Shown piece after piece: positions 1 through 13,219 of a DNA stretch of 64,000 bases; position 1 is the stretch's first letter; the number at the start of each line of letters is the position of its first letter. The notes beneath the pieces are model-generated. The model was not told where the DNA came from. It saw only the letters and a list, made by a program, of their open reading frames with translations, and searched no databases. The DNA lies in contig NC_087437.1 in NCBI RefSeq assembly GCF_036321535.1, positions 90,088,001 through 90,152,000 on the forward strand. The letters run 5' to 3'. Source of the DNA: Camelus dromedarius (lineage: Eukaryota). Both the position numbers and the translations under genes were made by a program.

Positions 1-384
1 AGAGTTCAAACAGACTTGCTTTTAATCTTTCTTCAAAAGGCAAAGTAGTAAATGACAATCAAATATGAATAAACTGAAAATGAATCAGCAATAAAACAAA
101 TGATACACAATTAACCGTTTGTAATGTTAATACTGTAAGAGAAGAAAAATCATAAATTAAAATGATGCTGTTTATTCAAAACAAATGCTTTAAATATAGT
201 TTATTTCAGCATCTGGTTAGGGTCACACTAATTAAATATAGATAAAAATTTGGCCCTTTTTTTTTTCTTTCTTTTTAAGCATTCCTCCTCAGCACCATTT
301 TTCCATTGCTGTTTGGTACAAAGCAGACATTTCGCTGCCTTCTTATTGCTAGCAGGATCCACTACCCTTGAAAGAAACTGAAAA

Positions 385-712
385 GCTTACACACTACACT
401 TTCTAGCCTCTCTTGTTAGTAGAGCGTGGCCATCAACCCACACCTAAGGAAGGTATGCTGATAGCTTCTGGGAAAATTTTGCTCCAGGTCAAGAGGAGAG
501 TGAGATGTGAGGAAGATTTTTTTTTTTTTTCTCTTTCTTGTTTGGGACAAAATCATGAGAGGACAAGATGCTTGGAGCTGCTGCAGCTATCTTGCTCCAA
601 AAAGAAGATGCAGAGAATCTCAGGGAAGATGGGCCACTGAACCAACCCGGACCATGATTATCTAAGCCGTTTTACTTGAGTGTTCTTGTACCAGAAAACA
701 ACTAACTGAGCA
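385..712 (+). mobile_element. MLT1-type (ERVL-MaLR) solo LTR, old and degraded (MLT1J/K-like)
   Basis: Recalled MLT1 motifs: ACTACACTTTCTAGCCTCTCTTG..GTGGCCAT near 395-433, GGAGCTGCTGCAGCTATCTTG near 574-594, and a 3' end TAAGCCGTTTTACTTGAGTGTTCTTGTA...CTAACTGA. Confidence 0.7.
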
Positions 713-1499
713 CTGGTTTACCTTTTAAAAGAAATTCAATCCTGTGTCTCTTCTTAAGTATTTGGTCTTCAGGAACACTATACCTTCTATAATCATGTCC
801 CATTTTCTATTAAGTTAAATGATACAATTCCCTTTAAATTGTGTGGCACATTGCAAAAACAAGTTCCACTTTGAACACTGACAGTGATTCAGCACAAAAG
901 CAACATAATATAACAATGCAATGTAATTCACCTTTCTGAGATTGCCTTTTTTTAGTACCGTGTTTCTTTCCACCATGACTTTCAAAGTATTTTTTTGTTT
1001 TATTCCATCGATTAAAATTTCTTTATCCCCCCACCCCAAGAATTCTAATAATAAAGCAAGAAAGAATGTTAGTATTGTCCTGATTAAAGAGGAAGAGGGT
1101 GGAGTCACAGAGCTCACTCCCCACTTGGCTCCCTATCTTTTTTCAACAGCACCTAAATGACTATGAGAAACACACTTTCAAAATCACTCCTCTAGTCTTA
1201 GAATGGAAGCAAAAAGGCAATGAGAAGAGAAATCAAATTGATCTTTTACAGACGTTCTGGAAAAGAATGGCGAAATGCAAGTCAATACAACCTTTTCTAA
1301 TTCTCTACTTCCCAACTCAGGTAGTATACCAATAACCACAGGGGATCAATATATATTTGTTGAATGAATGGATAAAACTTTCAGACCGCTGGGTTGCAGA
1401 CTGAGCCCAGGCTTATTGTTGTTTTTGTAAGCAGGACTTTCCATTATATAAAGATGTCCTTCCCACAAGTAAAGGAGTGGTATGACATAAAATAATAAC

Positions 1500-1850
1500 T
1501 GTATATATTTGGGAAGTCCCTGATATGTGCACAGCATGAAGCTAGGCATTTCCAGGGAACAATGAATAGATAAGATCCAGTTTCTGTCAAAGAAGAACAT
1601 TATTTAGTAAGAGAGACAGGATAAAAGGGGCATGGCCACAAGATACAATGCAGAAAATAAATGTCACAAGAGAAGTAAAAAAGTATTTTAGACGTTCAAA
1701 AAACAAGGGTTTGTGTCATGTAAGGAGGATCATACATGAAGAGACAGTTGAGATTGACCTTGAAGGGGGGATTGAATTTCAGATAGAGAAATGTGAAAGA
1801 AAGAGTTTTTGATGGAAGAGATGATAATGTGTTCCTGAGTAAAATAGTAG
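1500..1850 (-). mobile_element. L2 LINE fragment
   Basis: Antisense L2 3'-region pattern (ATGTGCACAGCATGAAGCTAGGCA..GGAACAATGAATAGATAAG..GAGAGACAG) followed by purine-rich L2-like sequence. Confidence 0.55.
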
Positions 1851-3645
1851 CCCACTTTTCCTTAAATACCAAAAACATAAAGAGAGACAGGGGATATTAA
1901 AGTGGAAAAGAACTTGAGAATTGTATTTTGTGAATCACTGAATGCTGAAAAGAATTCTGTCACCTCGGGACACACTCTCAAAATATATCCAAAGTCAATT
2001 CAAAATATCTAGCCTAAATGGAAAATTTTAAACAGTTACTATAAAATAAAAATAAATTAAGAAGACATCCTTTTTTATCATAATCTGTAATATAATAGTG
2101 TCCATTAATAAAAATAATGCTAAATTTGCATTAGACTTCAATTTGTAATATTTATAACTAAGTCCTCAATTATCTTACTTGGGTCTTTAAGAAATAAGAT
2201 AATAGTTGATATGTTCACATATACTGTAAATTGTCAGTAAAAATCATGTTATTTGATGCTTATTTTTATGTAGGCTGAGACCTAATATTAAACTAGAGAA
2301 AATGGGAAATACAAAGTAAGACATACTACTAACACTTTAATCCTTTCATGCAAACACTAAATTTTAAAATATGAGATTTATAATAGATCTTTTTTTTTCC
2401 TATTAAAGAATCTGATAATAGATTTGAGGATGATTAAAAATCACGCACCCCCCCCCAAAAAAGGCTGACTTTCAACAGTACATCTTAACTGGTGTGTCTT
2501 GAAATAAAAATTGTTCAAAAGTTTATAGAAATATTGCTCTAATTTGCCTCTACACTACAGTATCAGCTGTTTTTTAAAGGGCAATCATCTATTCTTGTCA
2601 TTAAACAACCTGACAGCTTAAGTCCTGCTTAGTAAAAAAAGGAAGATCTAAAACCAGCGTGATGTTGTAAGGAAAACATAGTTTTTACTAAGTGATCTAG
2701 CCTCCTTGAATTATTATATATAGCCTGGCAACTTTCAAAACGGATTTTCAGCTGTTCCTAATAGTCATCTAAACTATAGAGATATTAAAATACAAGCAGA
2801 AAGGAAACCTATAACAAGTTTGAGCACAAAATTATATCTATGCATCCTGGAAGTCCAAGGAAAAGGGAAACATGACAAGAAATGTGTATCGTATAACTAA
2901 AAGTTAGCACATCATTCATTGGGAGACACTAGTGTTTTCTTAGCATTAAAACTCCAAAATAATGTTGTTGTGTGGATATTCGGATAAGGAGAGCTGAATG
3001 ATACTTTGTGCAATGTCTTAGATATATAACAGTCTCATGAATATTTTTATATGGCCATCTCTACTCACATATGAAACCTAATAGCCAAGTGTTACATAAT
3101 ACTGTCTATGTAGTATTGTGTGATCTAGAAATCTAACTTTGTAGTGACTGAAGTAGGTATGGGGTCAGAGCTTAGACAATGTCTAGGAATGGCTGCCAAA
3201 TAGACTATCAGTCTCAGGTATCAATTTTCTCAACCAGGCCTCAGGCTGTCTGGATACCAGATGGTTCAAAATGGTGTCTGCTGATACCAAACAATACTGC
3301 CTTTTTGTTATAAAAAATGCTTAAAATCAGAAAGTTAGCCAATATCAACTGAAGTGTGTTTTGGATGCACTGACAGGCAGACACAAAACACTCCTTTGAA
3401 AGCAGCTTCTGATCTCCCTATGGGTCAAAATTAGTTAGGTAAAGACCTGAAGTTCTGCACCTCTGAGCATGGAAAGAAGGTCATTTAACGTCATTTTATT
3501 ATTTTTGTCTGTGGCAGTCATTATTTTTCATGTCACATATTTTTAGATGATACTGGTCTTGCTTGGGTTTGTTTGGGTATTTTATCTCATCTTTGCTATC
3601 ATAAGGCAGAGTACTCCTAGAGATTGAGATTGACCAGTATCTTTT

Positions 3646-3648
<3 letters not shown>

Positions 3649-3716
<68 letters not shown>
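3649..3716. repeat. Perfect (CA)34 microsatellite
   Basis: 68 nt of uninterrupted CA, counted directly. Confidence 0.98.
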
Positions 3717-3718
<2 letters not shown>

Positions 3719-4629
3719 TACTATTTTATTCCTGTGTCCCAGCCGGTCATATAATTTTTTTGAGGCTTATGAGCGTTGTGTTTCTGTTGGCTGCTGGCCA
3801 GTGAACTCAATCATTAATAGAACTCCCCTTCTGCTGAGAAGACCTTTTGTGATGCCTCCAGTTGCATCCACAGGATCCTGTGATATTAAGTATGAGTTAC
3901 AATGGACATGCTAAAAAAGAGCATCCACATGCCACAGACAGGAAGAACTGCGTTAAATTAGTTTTTGTCGGAAGTCCTTCTTTGAGTATCTTTACCCATG
4001 CTATCAAGTCCATCCAGGCCTTAGGCTTACGTTTTTTAAGCTGAGACATTTTTCTACTTATCAACTTACAAGTTCTTTACTGGTAAAACTGTGACAGCAC
4101 TTTCTTTGAAGACATCAGTAGGGTGGATGTAACAGAATACTGTTTGATCACAATATAAAACCTGTTTTTGTCACTTAATTACTCATGCTATGAAAGATGA
4201 AGGTAATAAATGAGACAAAATAATTAGTGCAATTAGCGACATGTACTGAGTTACTTAGCAATATTTTCCTAAATACCCTTTACTTTTGAATTCAAAGGGA
4301 ATTTTAAATCTTCTGCATTTATGTTTTATTGTGGCTTTAATTTTTAAACTTTTTTCTTCTTTTAGCTAAACTCACTTAATAAGGTAGATTATCCTCATGG
4401 GAAATCTACTTTAAGGGAAGTACATATCAAAATTTCATTAACCCATGTAGATATTACTTTAGACTACAGCTGTGTTGACCACAGCATAGTTTATCTATAT
4501 AGTGAAGCTGTTTTGGTTGTGAATGTGGATCAGTCTGAAATGACTTACACCAACCAATGTAACCATCAAAAGCTATGGTAACTTTGAGTCAATAAACCAT
4601 CTCTTGAAGATATAAACTACATTGCACAA

Positions 4630-4800
4630 TTGCTTTTCATAGCACGTATCACAATTTATGATATGCTTATATGTGTTAAAATTTGTTTAATAATAACATC
4701 CTCTCCCATTCAACTGTAAGTTCCTTAAATACAGGAACGATGGTTAATGTACTCAATGCTTAAGCATTTCAAATTGGTTCACAGCGTATGTCGAATTAAT
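4630..4800 (+). mobile_element. L2 3'-end fragment
   Basis: TTTCATAGCACGTATCACAATT...CTCTCCCATTCAACTGTAAGTTCCTT..ACAGGAAC resembles the L2 terminal region. Confidence 0.55.
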
Positions 4801-5860
4801 GGGTATATATTATTCGGCGAGTTTTTACGTCTAAATTGAATGTGAACGTTTATTTTGATGTAGTTGATAATTTAACTCCCACATTTTGATACCAGTGGAC
4901 ATTTTGATTCCATATCTGGTTTCTTTAAGCTCTTTTGCCCCTTCAAACCTAGGAGTAGTAATGTTTTCACATTTTTTTCAGTCCATTGACCATTAGTTCT
5001 TTCATTTGCTCAGTTACACTTTTTCAGTTTGACTTCTGCTTTCTTAGTAGGACTCTGACTACTAAGTGTTCATTGTGTCTCCTGTATTTTTAAAAATTGA
5101 GATGGCAAGTTTAGTTTAATTTGGATGCTTATTTATATTTAATTAATTTTTCTTGGTTCTTTTTAATATTTAAATATTATCTACTATGTATAAGAATTTT
5201 TACCATATGAAATACTGTCATTTTCAGTTTTAATTTTTATGGTTGCTTTTACCTGTAATATTGTAGTGCAATGGACAAGAGACTAATGCCAAATTTTCAG
5301 AATACTCAGTCTATGCAAAAACTGTGACTATTTCCTTTCACATATTCCAGAATTGCTCTATCATTTGTGATTAGTATATTTCATGAGAATTTTTCATACA
5401 CCTCTTAAACTTTTAAAGTTGTATATTAAAGAGATTTTTAGGCAAGTAAATACAAAAATAAATATATTCTGTATTATTTTGAGTCACATACATCATTTTT
5501 CATACTAACTTTATTATGAAGGTAGGATGTAACTGCTAAAATCATGCTAATTTAGGAAGTGCTTTTAATATACTGAAGGAAACCAGACACAAAAATAATA
5601 TTAATATGTGGAATACATGTTAAAAGAGTTGAAAGGAGTGTGAAATTTTTTTAGAAGAGATACCCTCTCTATTCAGGATATGTATTTTATCACTGTATAT
5701 TACAAAAATACACAACAAAAAATTAAATGATATAATTTGTGCCTTTAAATTTAATTACCTACTTATGTGTGCTAATAAAGTTATTTTAAAGTAAAGAAGT
5801 AAAGGTTAGCTGTGTTTTTTTAATACTGGTATTTTTGTAATCTATGAAAAACTAGGACAT

Positions 5861-7466
5861 TTTATGTAAATATTTATGTAATTTTTAAAAGTTACTCTAC
5901 ATTTAGTTATTACAAAATATTGACTATATTCCCCATGTTGTAGAATACATCCTTGAACCTCTCAATAGTTTGTACCTTTGACTCCCCACTTCTGTATTAC
6001 CCCTGCCTCCTCCCCACTGTAACCACTAGCATGTTCCCTATATCTGTGAGTTTGCTTCCTTTCTGTCATATTCACTAGTTTGTTGTAATTTTTTTAGATT
6101 TCACATATAAGTGATATAAAATATTTGTCTTTCTGTGTCTGACTTATTTCACTTAGCAATATGCTGTTCAAGTCCAACCATGTTGCTGCAAATGGCAAAA
6201 TTTCATTGTTTTTAATGACAGAGTAATATTCCATTATGTGTGTTGGACACTTAGGTTGCTTCCATATCTTGTTAAAATGACTATGCTACCAAAAGCAATC
6301 TACAGATTTAATGCAATTCCTACCAAAATACCTACCAGTGGCATTTTTTACAGAACAAATAATTTTAAATTTTGTATGGAAATGCAAAAGACCCTGAATA
6401 GTTAAAATAATCTTGAGAAAGAAGAACAGAGCTGGAGGAATCACACTCCTTGACTTCAGACTATACTACAAAGATACAGTAATGAAAACAGTATGGTACT
6501 AGCACAAAAACGGACACATAGATCAATAGAACAGGATAGAGAACCCAAAAATAAACCCACACACTTATGCTCAATTAATCTATGACAAAAGAGGCAAGAA
6601 TGTACAGTGGGGAAAAGATAGTTTCTTCAAAAGAGACTTAGTAAACTACACAGCTACATGTAAAAGAATGAAATTAGAACATTCTCTAACACCATATCCA
6701 AAAGTAAACTCAAAATGGACTAAAGATCTAAGTGTAAGACTGGAAACCATAAAACTCCTGGAGGAAAACATATGCAGAACTGCCTTTGACATAAACTTCA
6801 GCAATATTTTTTTGGATCCATCTCCTAAAATAAAGGAAATAGAAGCAAAAATAAACAAATGGGATCTAATTAAACTTAAAAGCTTTTGTACCACAAAGGA
6901 AACCATTGAAAAATGAAAATACAGCCTAATGAATGGGACAAAATATTTGCAAATGATATGATCAATAAGGGATTAATATCCAACATATATAAGCAGCTCA
7001 TACAACTCAACATAAAAAAAAAAAAAATGAACAAACAACCCAATTAGAAAACAGGCAGAAGACCTGCATAGAAATTTTTCTAAAAAGGAAATGCATATGA
7101 CCAACAGACACATGTAAACATGCTCAATATCATTAATTATCTGGGAAATGCAAGTCAAAACCACAACGAAATATCACCCCACACCTGTCAGACTGGGTAT
7201 CATCAAAAAAAAAAAAAACCCACAAATAAAAAATGTTTGTGAAGATGTGGAGAAATGGGAACACTTGTACACTGTTCATGGGAATATAAATTGGTGCAGC
7301 CACTGTGGAAGACAGCATGGAGGTTTCTCAGAAAACTAAAAATAGATCTACCATATGACCCAGCAATTCCACTCCTGGGTATGTATCTAAAAAATAAAAA
7401 ACACTGATTCAAAAAGATACATGCACCTCAATGTTCATAGCAGCATTATTTACAATTACCAAGATA
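5861..7466 (-). mobile_element. 5'-truncated L1 with internal inversion (3' part on minus 5861-6271; inverted ORF2 part on plus 6272-7466)
   Basis: Plus-strand ORFs 6668-6916 (KLEHSLTPYPKVNSKWTKDL..INKWDLIKLKSFCT) and 7148-7339 (MQVKTTTKYHPTPVR) are degraded L1 ORF2 C-terminus. 5861-6271 is antisense ORF2 end plus 3'UTR. The two pieces share CAAGATA at their breakpoints. Confidence 0.92.
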
Positions 7467-7551
7467 ACTTTAAATTTTAAAAAGTCATTCTGTCTCAGGA
7501 AGCTTTTTAGTTTCTAAATGACTTTTCTAAGCAAAATTTAAGAGTGTACGT

Positions 7552-7612
7552 TTATGTGTGTTGTGTGTTTGTGTGTGTGTGTGAGTGTGCGAGTCTGCAT
7601 GTTTGTGTGTGT
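7552..7612. repeat. Degenerate (TG)n microsatellite
   Basis: Interrupted TG dinucleotide tract seen directly. Confidence 0.8.
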
Positions 7613-8249
7613 ACGTGAGATTCTTCATTTTCATAAAATTATACTGTCATAACTTTTATGCAATTTTTTGCTAAATATTTTATTACATTCCCCAAATGGT
7701 CGCCGTACATCACATCTGCTGCAACAAGGCAACTTCCAAGATTGGAACTGCCTCTGACCTTTTATCTGAGGATTATCTCTTGGGATGATCTAGGGGAGAA
7801 TTTCTACAGAGTCCAAAAGAAAGAGAATTTTTAAAAAGTTCTTTCAAAGAACAAAGACTGATGGCTTGGTACAACTATTTGTCTCTGTTTTTTTAAATTG
7901 CCTTAAACAACAACAGAATGTCACAGGTGGGGATACTCACCACCATACAATCAAGGATGAAACAACAACAGTATGTATTAAATGCATTGGAAAACATGCA
8001 ACAAATTAATAGAGAAATTAAAACAAAATCCAACAAAGCAGAAGAACAAAGACAACAAACAGAATAAAAAGAAGCATGAGATTCTATAGACTTTGAGGAT
8101 GTCAGAGAGTTTCCTTTAAAGCAATCTTTTCCCTTTCTGCTTTATCTTTAAATATCCATTGTTGCTGTTGTTGTTCTGGTAATGCTGTTTTTATGCTGTC
8201 TTAAAGAAAAGAGTATGAAAGGGAAAAAAAAAAAAAAACACTTGGAATG

Positions 8250-8465
8250 ATACTGAAAGTCTTGGATACCACTTCTCACCTGGCCATTCACCTAACATAT
8301 GAAACCTTGGGCAAAGAAGCTGAAACTCTTCAAGTCTTGGATTTTTAAACTATCAAATGGGGCTTTAAAAAATTCCCCTAACAATACTGGTGCTGTTCTA
8401 AGAATCAAAAATATACTCTAAGAATCTTTTGAAACTGCCACATACTAAGAAAAGTGTTATTTGAG
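8250..8465 (+). mobile_element. MIR SINE
   Basis: Core-like ACCTTGGGCAAAG..AACTCTTCAAGTCTTGGATTTTTAAACTATCAAATGGGG and a GCTGTTCTAAGAATCAAA tail. Confidence 0.65.
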
Positions 8466-8863
8466 TGACAAAAGCACGTGAAAAAGTGTTGTGGGATGTA
8501 GATGATATTTCAAGTAAGAATGTGAAGAAGCACTGCTCTCTAATTTAAAGCCAAAGTCATCTAGACTTGCCAGAGAGTGAACTAGTGAAGCATTTAGCTT
8601 AGAAATTGAGTGCTTTGGACTGCACATAAGTACCTTAAAACTCTTTTAAATAAATGCTTCCATATCATCCATTTCACAGGACGGATCCCTGGTGAAATGA
8701 CACTTCACATTAATAGCTAAATTATTGACCGCTGTTAATGTGTTCCTAAATACAAAACGGATATAAAGATTTTTAGAATAACATTCTTGGGTAGTAATTT
8801 AAATAAAATGTCATTTTAAAGACATCAGCTCTGTGCACAGAATAGCAAACACCAAACTGGTAA

Positions 8864-9110
8864 TTCATTCATTCACTAACCAATAAATGATCAAGAGCAA
8901 ATGGTGTGAAAGTTGCTGTGCTAGGCACTCTGAGATTTTCAGAGGAATAAGACAATGAGCTTGTGAACCAGAAGGGACTCTACAATGTGTCTGCAATCCC
9001 TATTTAGCAAGGGAGTAAATGAGGTGTCCAGAAATTGTACAACAAAACCTCATGGGTTTTCAGGGACAGAACTGTTATTTCTGGCTAGGATTAACAGAAT
9101 ATTTTCTGAA
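8864..9110 (-). mobile_element. L2 3'-end fragment
   Basis: TTCATTCATTCA terminal repeat followed by GCTGTGCTAGGCACT..GAATAAGACA. Confidence 0.6.
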
Positions 9111-10561
9111 GCAGTTACAAAAATGCAACTATAGATGGTTATTAAATACTCATCAAAATATCTTCCTTTTCCTGAAATAAGTATTAGTATGATCCTAAGT
9201 AATTTGAGCATTATGTGATTTCATCTGGGTTCACTGGATTTTCATAAATCCTGCTAATTAAAAAAATCTTAACATATAGAAGTATTCATATTCTCTTTGA
9301 ATGAAACTGCATGATTTTTAATCATCCCATTTTTAAATGTTCATTTTGTGTTGAACATCTTGTGTTAAATATAAATAAAAGGTAAATTTAAATTAAAAGA
9401 CCATAATCTATTTTTCTTGAAAAAGTAGAACCCTAAACTTTAATTCAATTTTTGATTATCTACCTATCTTTGTAAGTCAGGATTTGGAGCCAGAGAAAAT
9501 ATGCTGAAAACAGTCTAGAGTTTATTTTTTTTTAAAACTTACTAAATTAGCCTAGCTGCTTATATGTTATCTCATTGAATCTTCAAAATCATTCCAGTTC
9601 ATTATTTTTAACCAGAAATTATGGAGATTGGGAAATTTGTCCAAGTAATTTACCTCGATTCAAATTCAGTACTATTTGAATTTGAAGTTCATGTTCTTTT
9701 CGAGTTATTTTTTCAGGCAAGATAAGTTCAACTGATTATTTACTATTATACAGTATTTGAAGGAAAACCTAAACTTCAATTAATAAATTGAATATGTTTA
9801 TACAACATTATGATTTTTCTTGTAAAAAGGTACTAGTGAATCTATGACTGGAAGTTTTATACCTCTGTTAAACCACAAAATTTCAGAGTACCTAAGTATC
9901 AAATTTCATGGAAGTTTACTTTCACATGGTGAAAATGAGCCATTCATTCTATCCTTTTATATATTACTGCATTATTTAATCTGCATTTTCAATTTGAGTT
10001 CTAAATTAATTGTTAGTCTGAACAGCAGACCTAAATCTATTGTTCAGCATAATTTGCTGTCATTTAATTTGAGATTCAGACTCATGTATGTGTATTTGTG
10101 TGCAAGATTATAACAGATACAATTAAATAAACTAACTTTCCCTGGGTGCCAGCAAGGAGATATGGTGATGCATTTATTTTCATTTATTTATTTAAATTTA
10201 CTTATGAGACAGGTAAATTATGCTATGATTATACATGACATTTAAAAAAATTTACTCCAAATACTTTTACCAGTCCCCTACATAATGCAGTTGAAATACA
10301 CGAAGAATAAGCTTCTGGTTGACAGGTTTTTCTTCACTGATTTGATGTTTTGGCTTCATTGGAATAAAAAGGTTAATCTTTTAGATCTTCTTACAAGAAT
10401 CAGGCAAGCAGCTCATTTAGTTTGATGGGAACAACTTTTCAGTCTTGTTCGGTTTACCTATTTCCTAACCTTATCCTGACATCCCAGGCCCTTTACCTGT
10501 CAGCCATAAGGCAAGTACTCATTTAAAAATTAATCCACTGGAACCAATTTGCATTGAAAGT

Positions 10562-10748
10562 GAGGCAGCCTGTATGCTAGAAAGATCACTGGACTGCGAC
10601 AAAAAGTCTAGTATCAGCTCCACTACCATTTAGCTAAGGGACCATGGGCATCTACTTTTATCCATTTTTATTCATTTTTCCATTATCTGTAAAATGAGAT
10701 ATCTGGATGAGTTCATGTCTACAGTTTTCTTAGCCCTATAATATTCTT
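10562..10748 (+). mobile_element. MIR (MIR3/MIRc-like) SINE
   Basis: AGGCAGCCTG..GAAAGATCACTGGACT head, ATCTGTAAAATGAG core and CTGGATGAG..CTACAGTTTTCTTAGCCCTATAATATTCT tail. Confidence 0.65.
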
Positions 10749-11824
10749 GTGAACATAGGAGAATTTTAAAAACTGATAGTCTGCTTTCTACATTCACTTT
10801 ATTTTATTTTATTTCATTTTTACATTCACTTTAACATGAATGTAATATTTAAGTCAACATTTTAACTTCCACATAGGAAATAAGGAGTTGATTAGAGTAT
10901 CCCTTTATGTGCCAAGGAGGAATTAATTTCAGAAAAAAAAAGTCATATTTAAATAATGTATTATATCTGAAAAAGACTTTTTACCATCAGGTTTTGGGGG
11001 TTTTGCTTCCAAATATCCTCCAACTTTATTCTGTTACTAAAACTATTTAACACAGAAGGAAACCTCATTCAAATGAACTATTTCTGAATTTGTATGAAAG
11101 CAGTGATGACTCTCTTGACAGTCATGATTCACAGAAGTGCACTTTGACATAATAAAAGAAACATTCTAAATCTCCAAGATGTTTTCGCTGAGAGGAACTA
11201 GCCTTTCTATAAAGGAGTCTTCATCCAGATTCTATCTTTCATGAAATATTTTGAATATTTCATATCAAAGGACTTTATTTAACAGCCCTAATGAAAAATT
11301 ATAGAATGACATGCTGAAGACTGGTTTATCTCTACCTATAAAAAAATCCATGTGAATCAACGTACAATGGTAGAATAATGAAATTATAGAATGTTTTATT
11401 ACTAAAAAGCTAGAGGAGACTTGGGCAGTCAGTGAGGCCAAACTTCTTGCTTGATGAATGAGACAACCAATGCCTATGTAGATTCAATAACTAAGTGACT
11501 TTGACAAGGTCATGAATCTGTTGAAGGAAGGGATCAGTATGCAGTCCTACACGTGTAAACACACATAAACATACAAACCCCATACATGATGACAGCTTTA
11601 TAGGGAGAATCCCTAGGTCTGGCTGTGTTATACACACACTGGTGCATTGCCATGTAAGACTGAATTTTTCAGTTTTTCAATTATCTGTTTAGAATCATGA
11701 GGACGTATACCCAGATGAAAAGTATGCAATGAAAATTTCAATAGCTTCATAAAAAATCGTAAGAACACCAATTTTAAGTGAAAATAGATATATTTGCTAA
11801 GATTATGCACACTGAAGAGTCACC

Positions 11825-11862
11825 TTTTGTTTTGTTTTGTTTTGTTTTGTTTTGTTTTGTTT
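11825..11862. repeat. (TTTTG)n pentanucleotide repeat, about 7 units
   Basis: Seen directly. Confidence 0.95.
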
Positions 11863-13219
11863 ATTTTCTTTCCTATAATGCCTGGCACATAGAAAGGACC
11901 AGGATTACAAATAAAATTTTGCTTTGCCTTAACTAAAAGCAAATAAGAACTATTGCACTGTACAGTGCACTGGCCAATGTATAATTAGTAACTAGACTTT
12001 AACCTTGAACAGAGGCATGATGGGAAAAGAATACATTCAACTCATGTCTTTAAACACAAACAAATATTCAAAAGCCTTGGGACCCCAAATCAGAAATGCT
12101 TTTGATTCAGCACAACAGACTTTGATGTAATACCGAATGTCATTTGCTTAGTCACTGGGGCACGTAGGTAATAAAAATTTCGTGAGCATGTTTGCAAAAT
12201 ATAAATGCTTAAGCAATCCTTTGTAGCAACAACCTGTGGTGTAGGTGGAATGCAATCTTGAATAAACAAGATGAGTGAAGTGAAGGGTAGTCACTGCTTT
12301 ATCATTCTTTATGTAGACTACTCAGTCCATTGCCTGTATGTTTAAGGTGCAAAGCTTTATGATTCTGAACAGTGTGACCATATTTTAAAACCATTATTAA
12401 AAGCAAATTAGATGTTAAGTTTAGCAGAATGGATATATTGAATAGAATCTAAAATCAAGTAATTTACCATAGAAGTAACATTACAGTAAGGATGTATCAA
12501 ACTATAGTATCTAAAACATAAATGGCAACAACTATTGTCTAAAATGTTCTTTTACATGTCTTATTCCACTTCTCCATGTACAGTTTTCCCAGGATAATGT
12601 AGATAATGTTTCTAGGATAATGTAGATCTCTGTTTTAATGCACCTGTCCCCATGATTCGGCACTTACTCCTTGAATCATAGAGCTTCTCCTCTAGGGCCC
12701 AATATGGCAATTTAAAAAACCTATTCAACCCATGGCATAGTTTCAAGTTCTATTACTGTATGTATTACAACTATGAAATTGACAAAACATATATTAATCC
12801 TAAGTCATTTAAATATTTAGCTGCCAGAAGTGATGTATAAACATATTACTGAAGAGGCACTGAAAATCTTTCATAAAATATTCTAATAATCTTTTTATCC
12901 TTATCTTCAAACACTAATTCTTTTTCAAATAAGGAAAGCTGAACAGCAGAGCAAATGTTTAACTTTCTGACAGAGTCAGTAGTTAAATGATGCTACAGGA
13001 AAGATTTTCTGAAATCTGAGGAACTCATCATTCAGAAAGATCCTACTGACCATGGTCTTGCTGTGACATAAATAATACTTTGAAACTACAATTATGGGGC
13101 ATTTTTATGTCTCCCTATGGGCCTTCTGAATACATAACTCTTACGTAAATTTTAATTAAATTCATGTCCTAGGCTCTGATTACACTTCCAACTTGTATCA
13201 CTGAATAACAAAGTTCATC

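Noticed and set aside
3850..4040. Minus-strand KPKAWMD motif reminiscent of a pogo/Tigger transposase
   Set aside because: The motif is isolated and the downstream DDE motifs could not be aligned convincingly.
5879..7491. TAATTTTTAAAAGTTACTCT / TAAATTTTAAAAAGTCATTCT as the L1 TSD
   Set aside because: The left copy looks like part of the L1 3'UTR itself, and the similarity is low-complexity.
12591..12627. Direct repeat AGGATAATGTAGAT x2
   Set aside because: Ordinary small slippage duplication. Not an array, and CRISPR is not applicable to this mammalian DNA.
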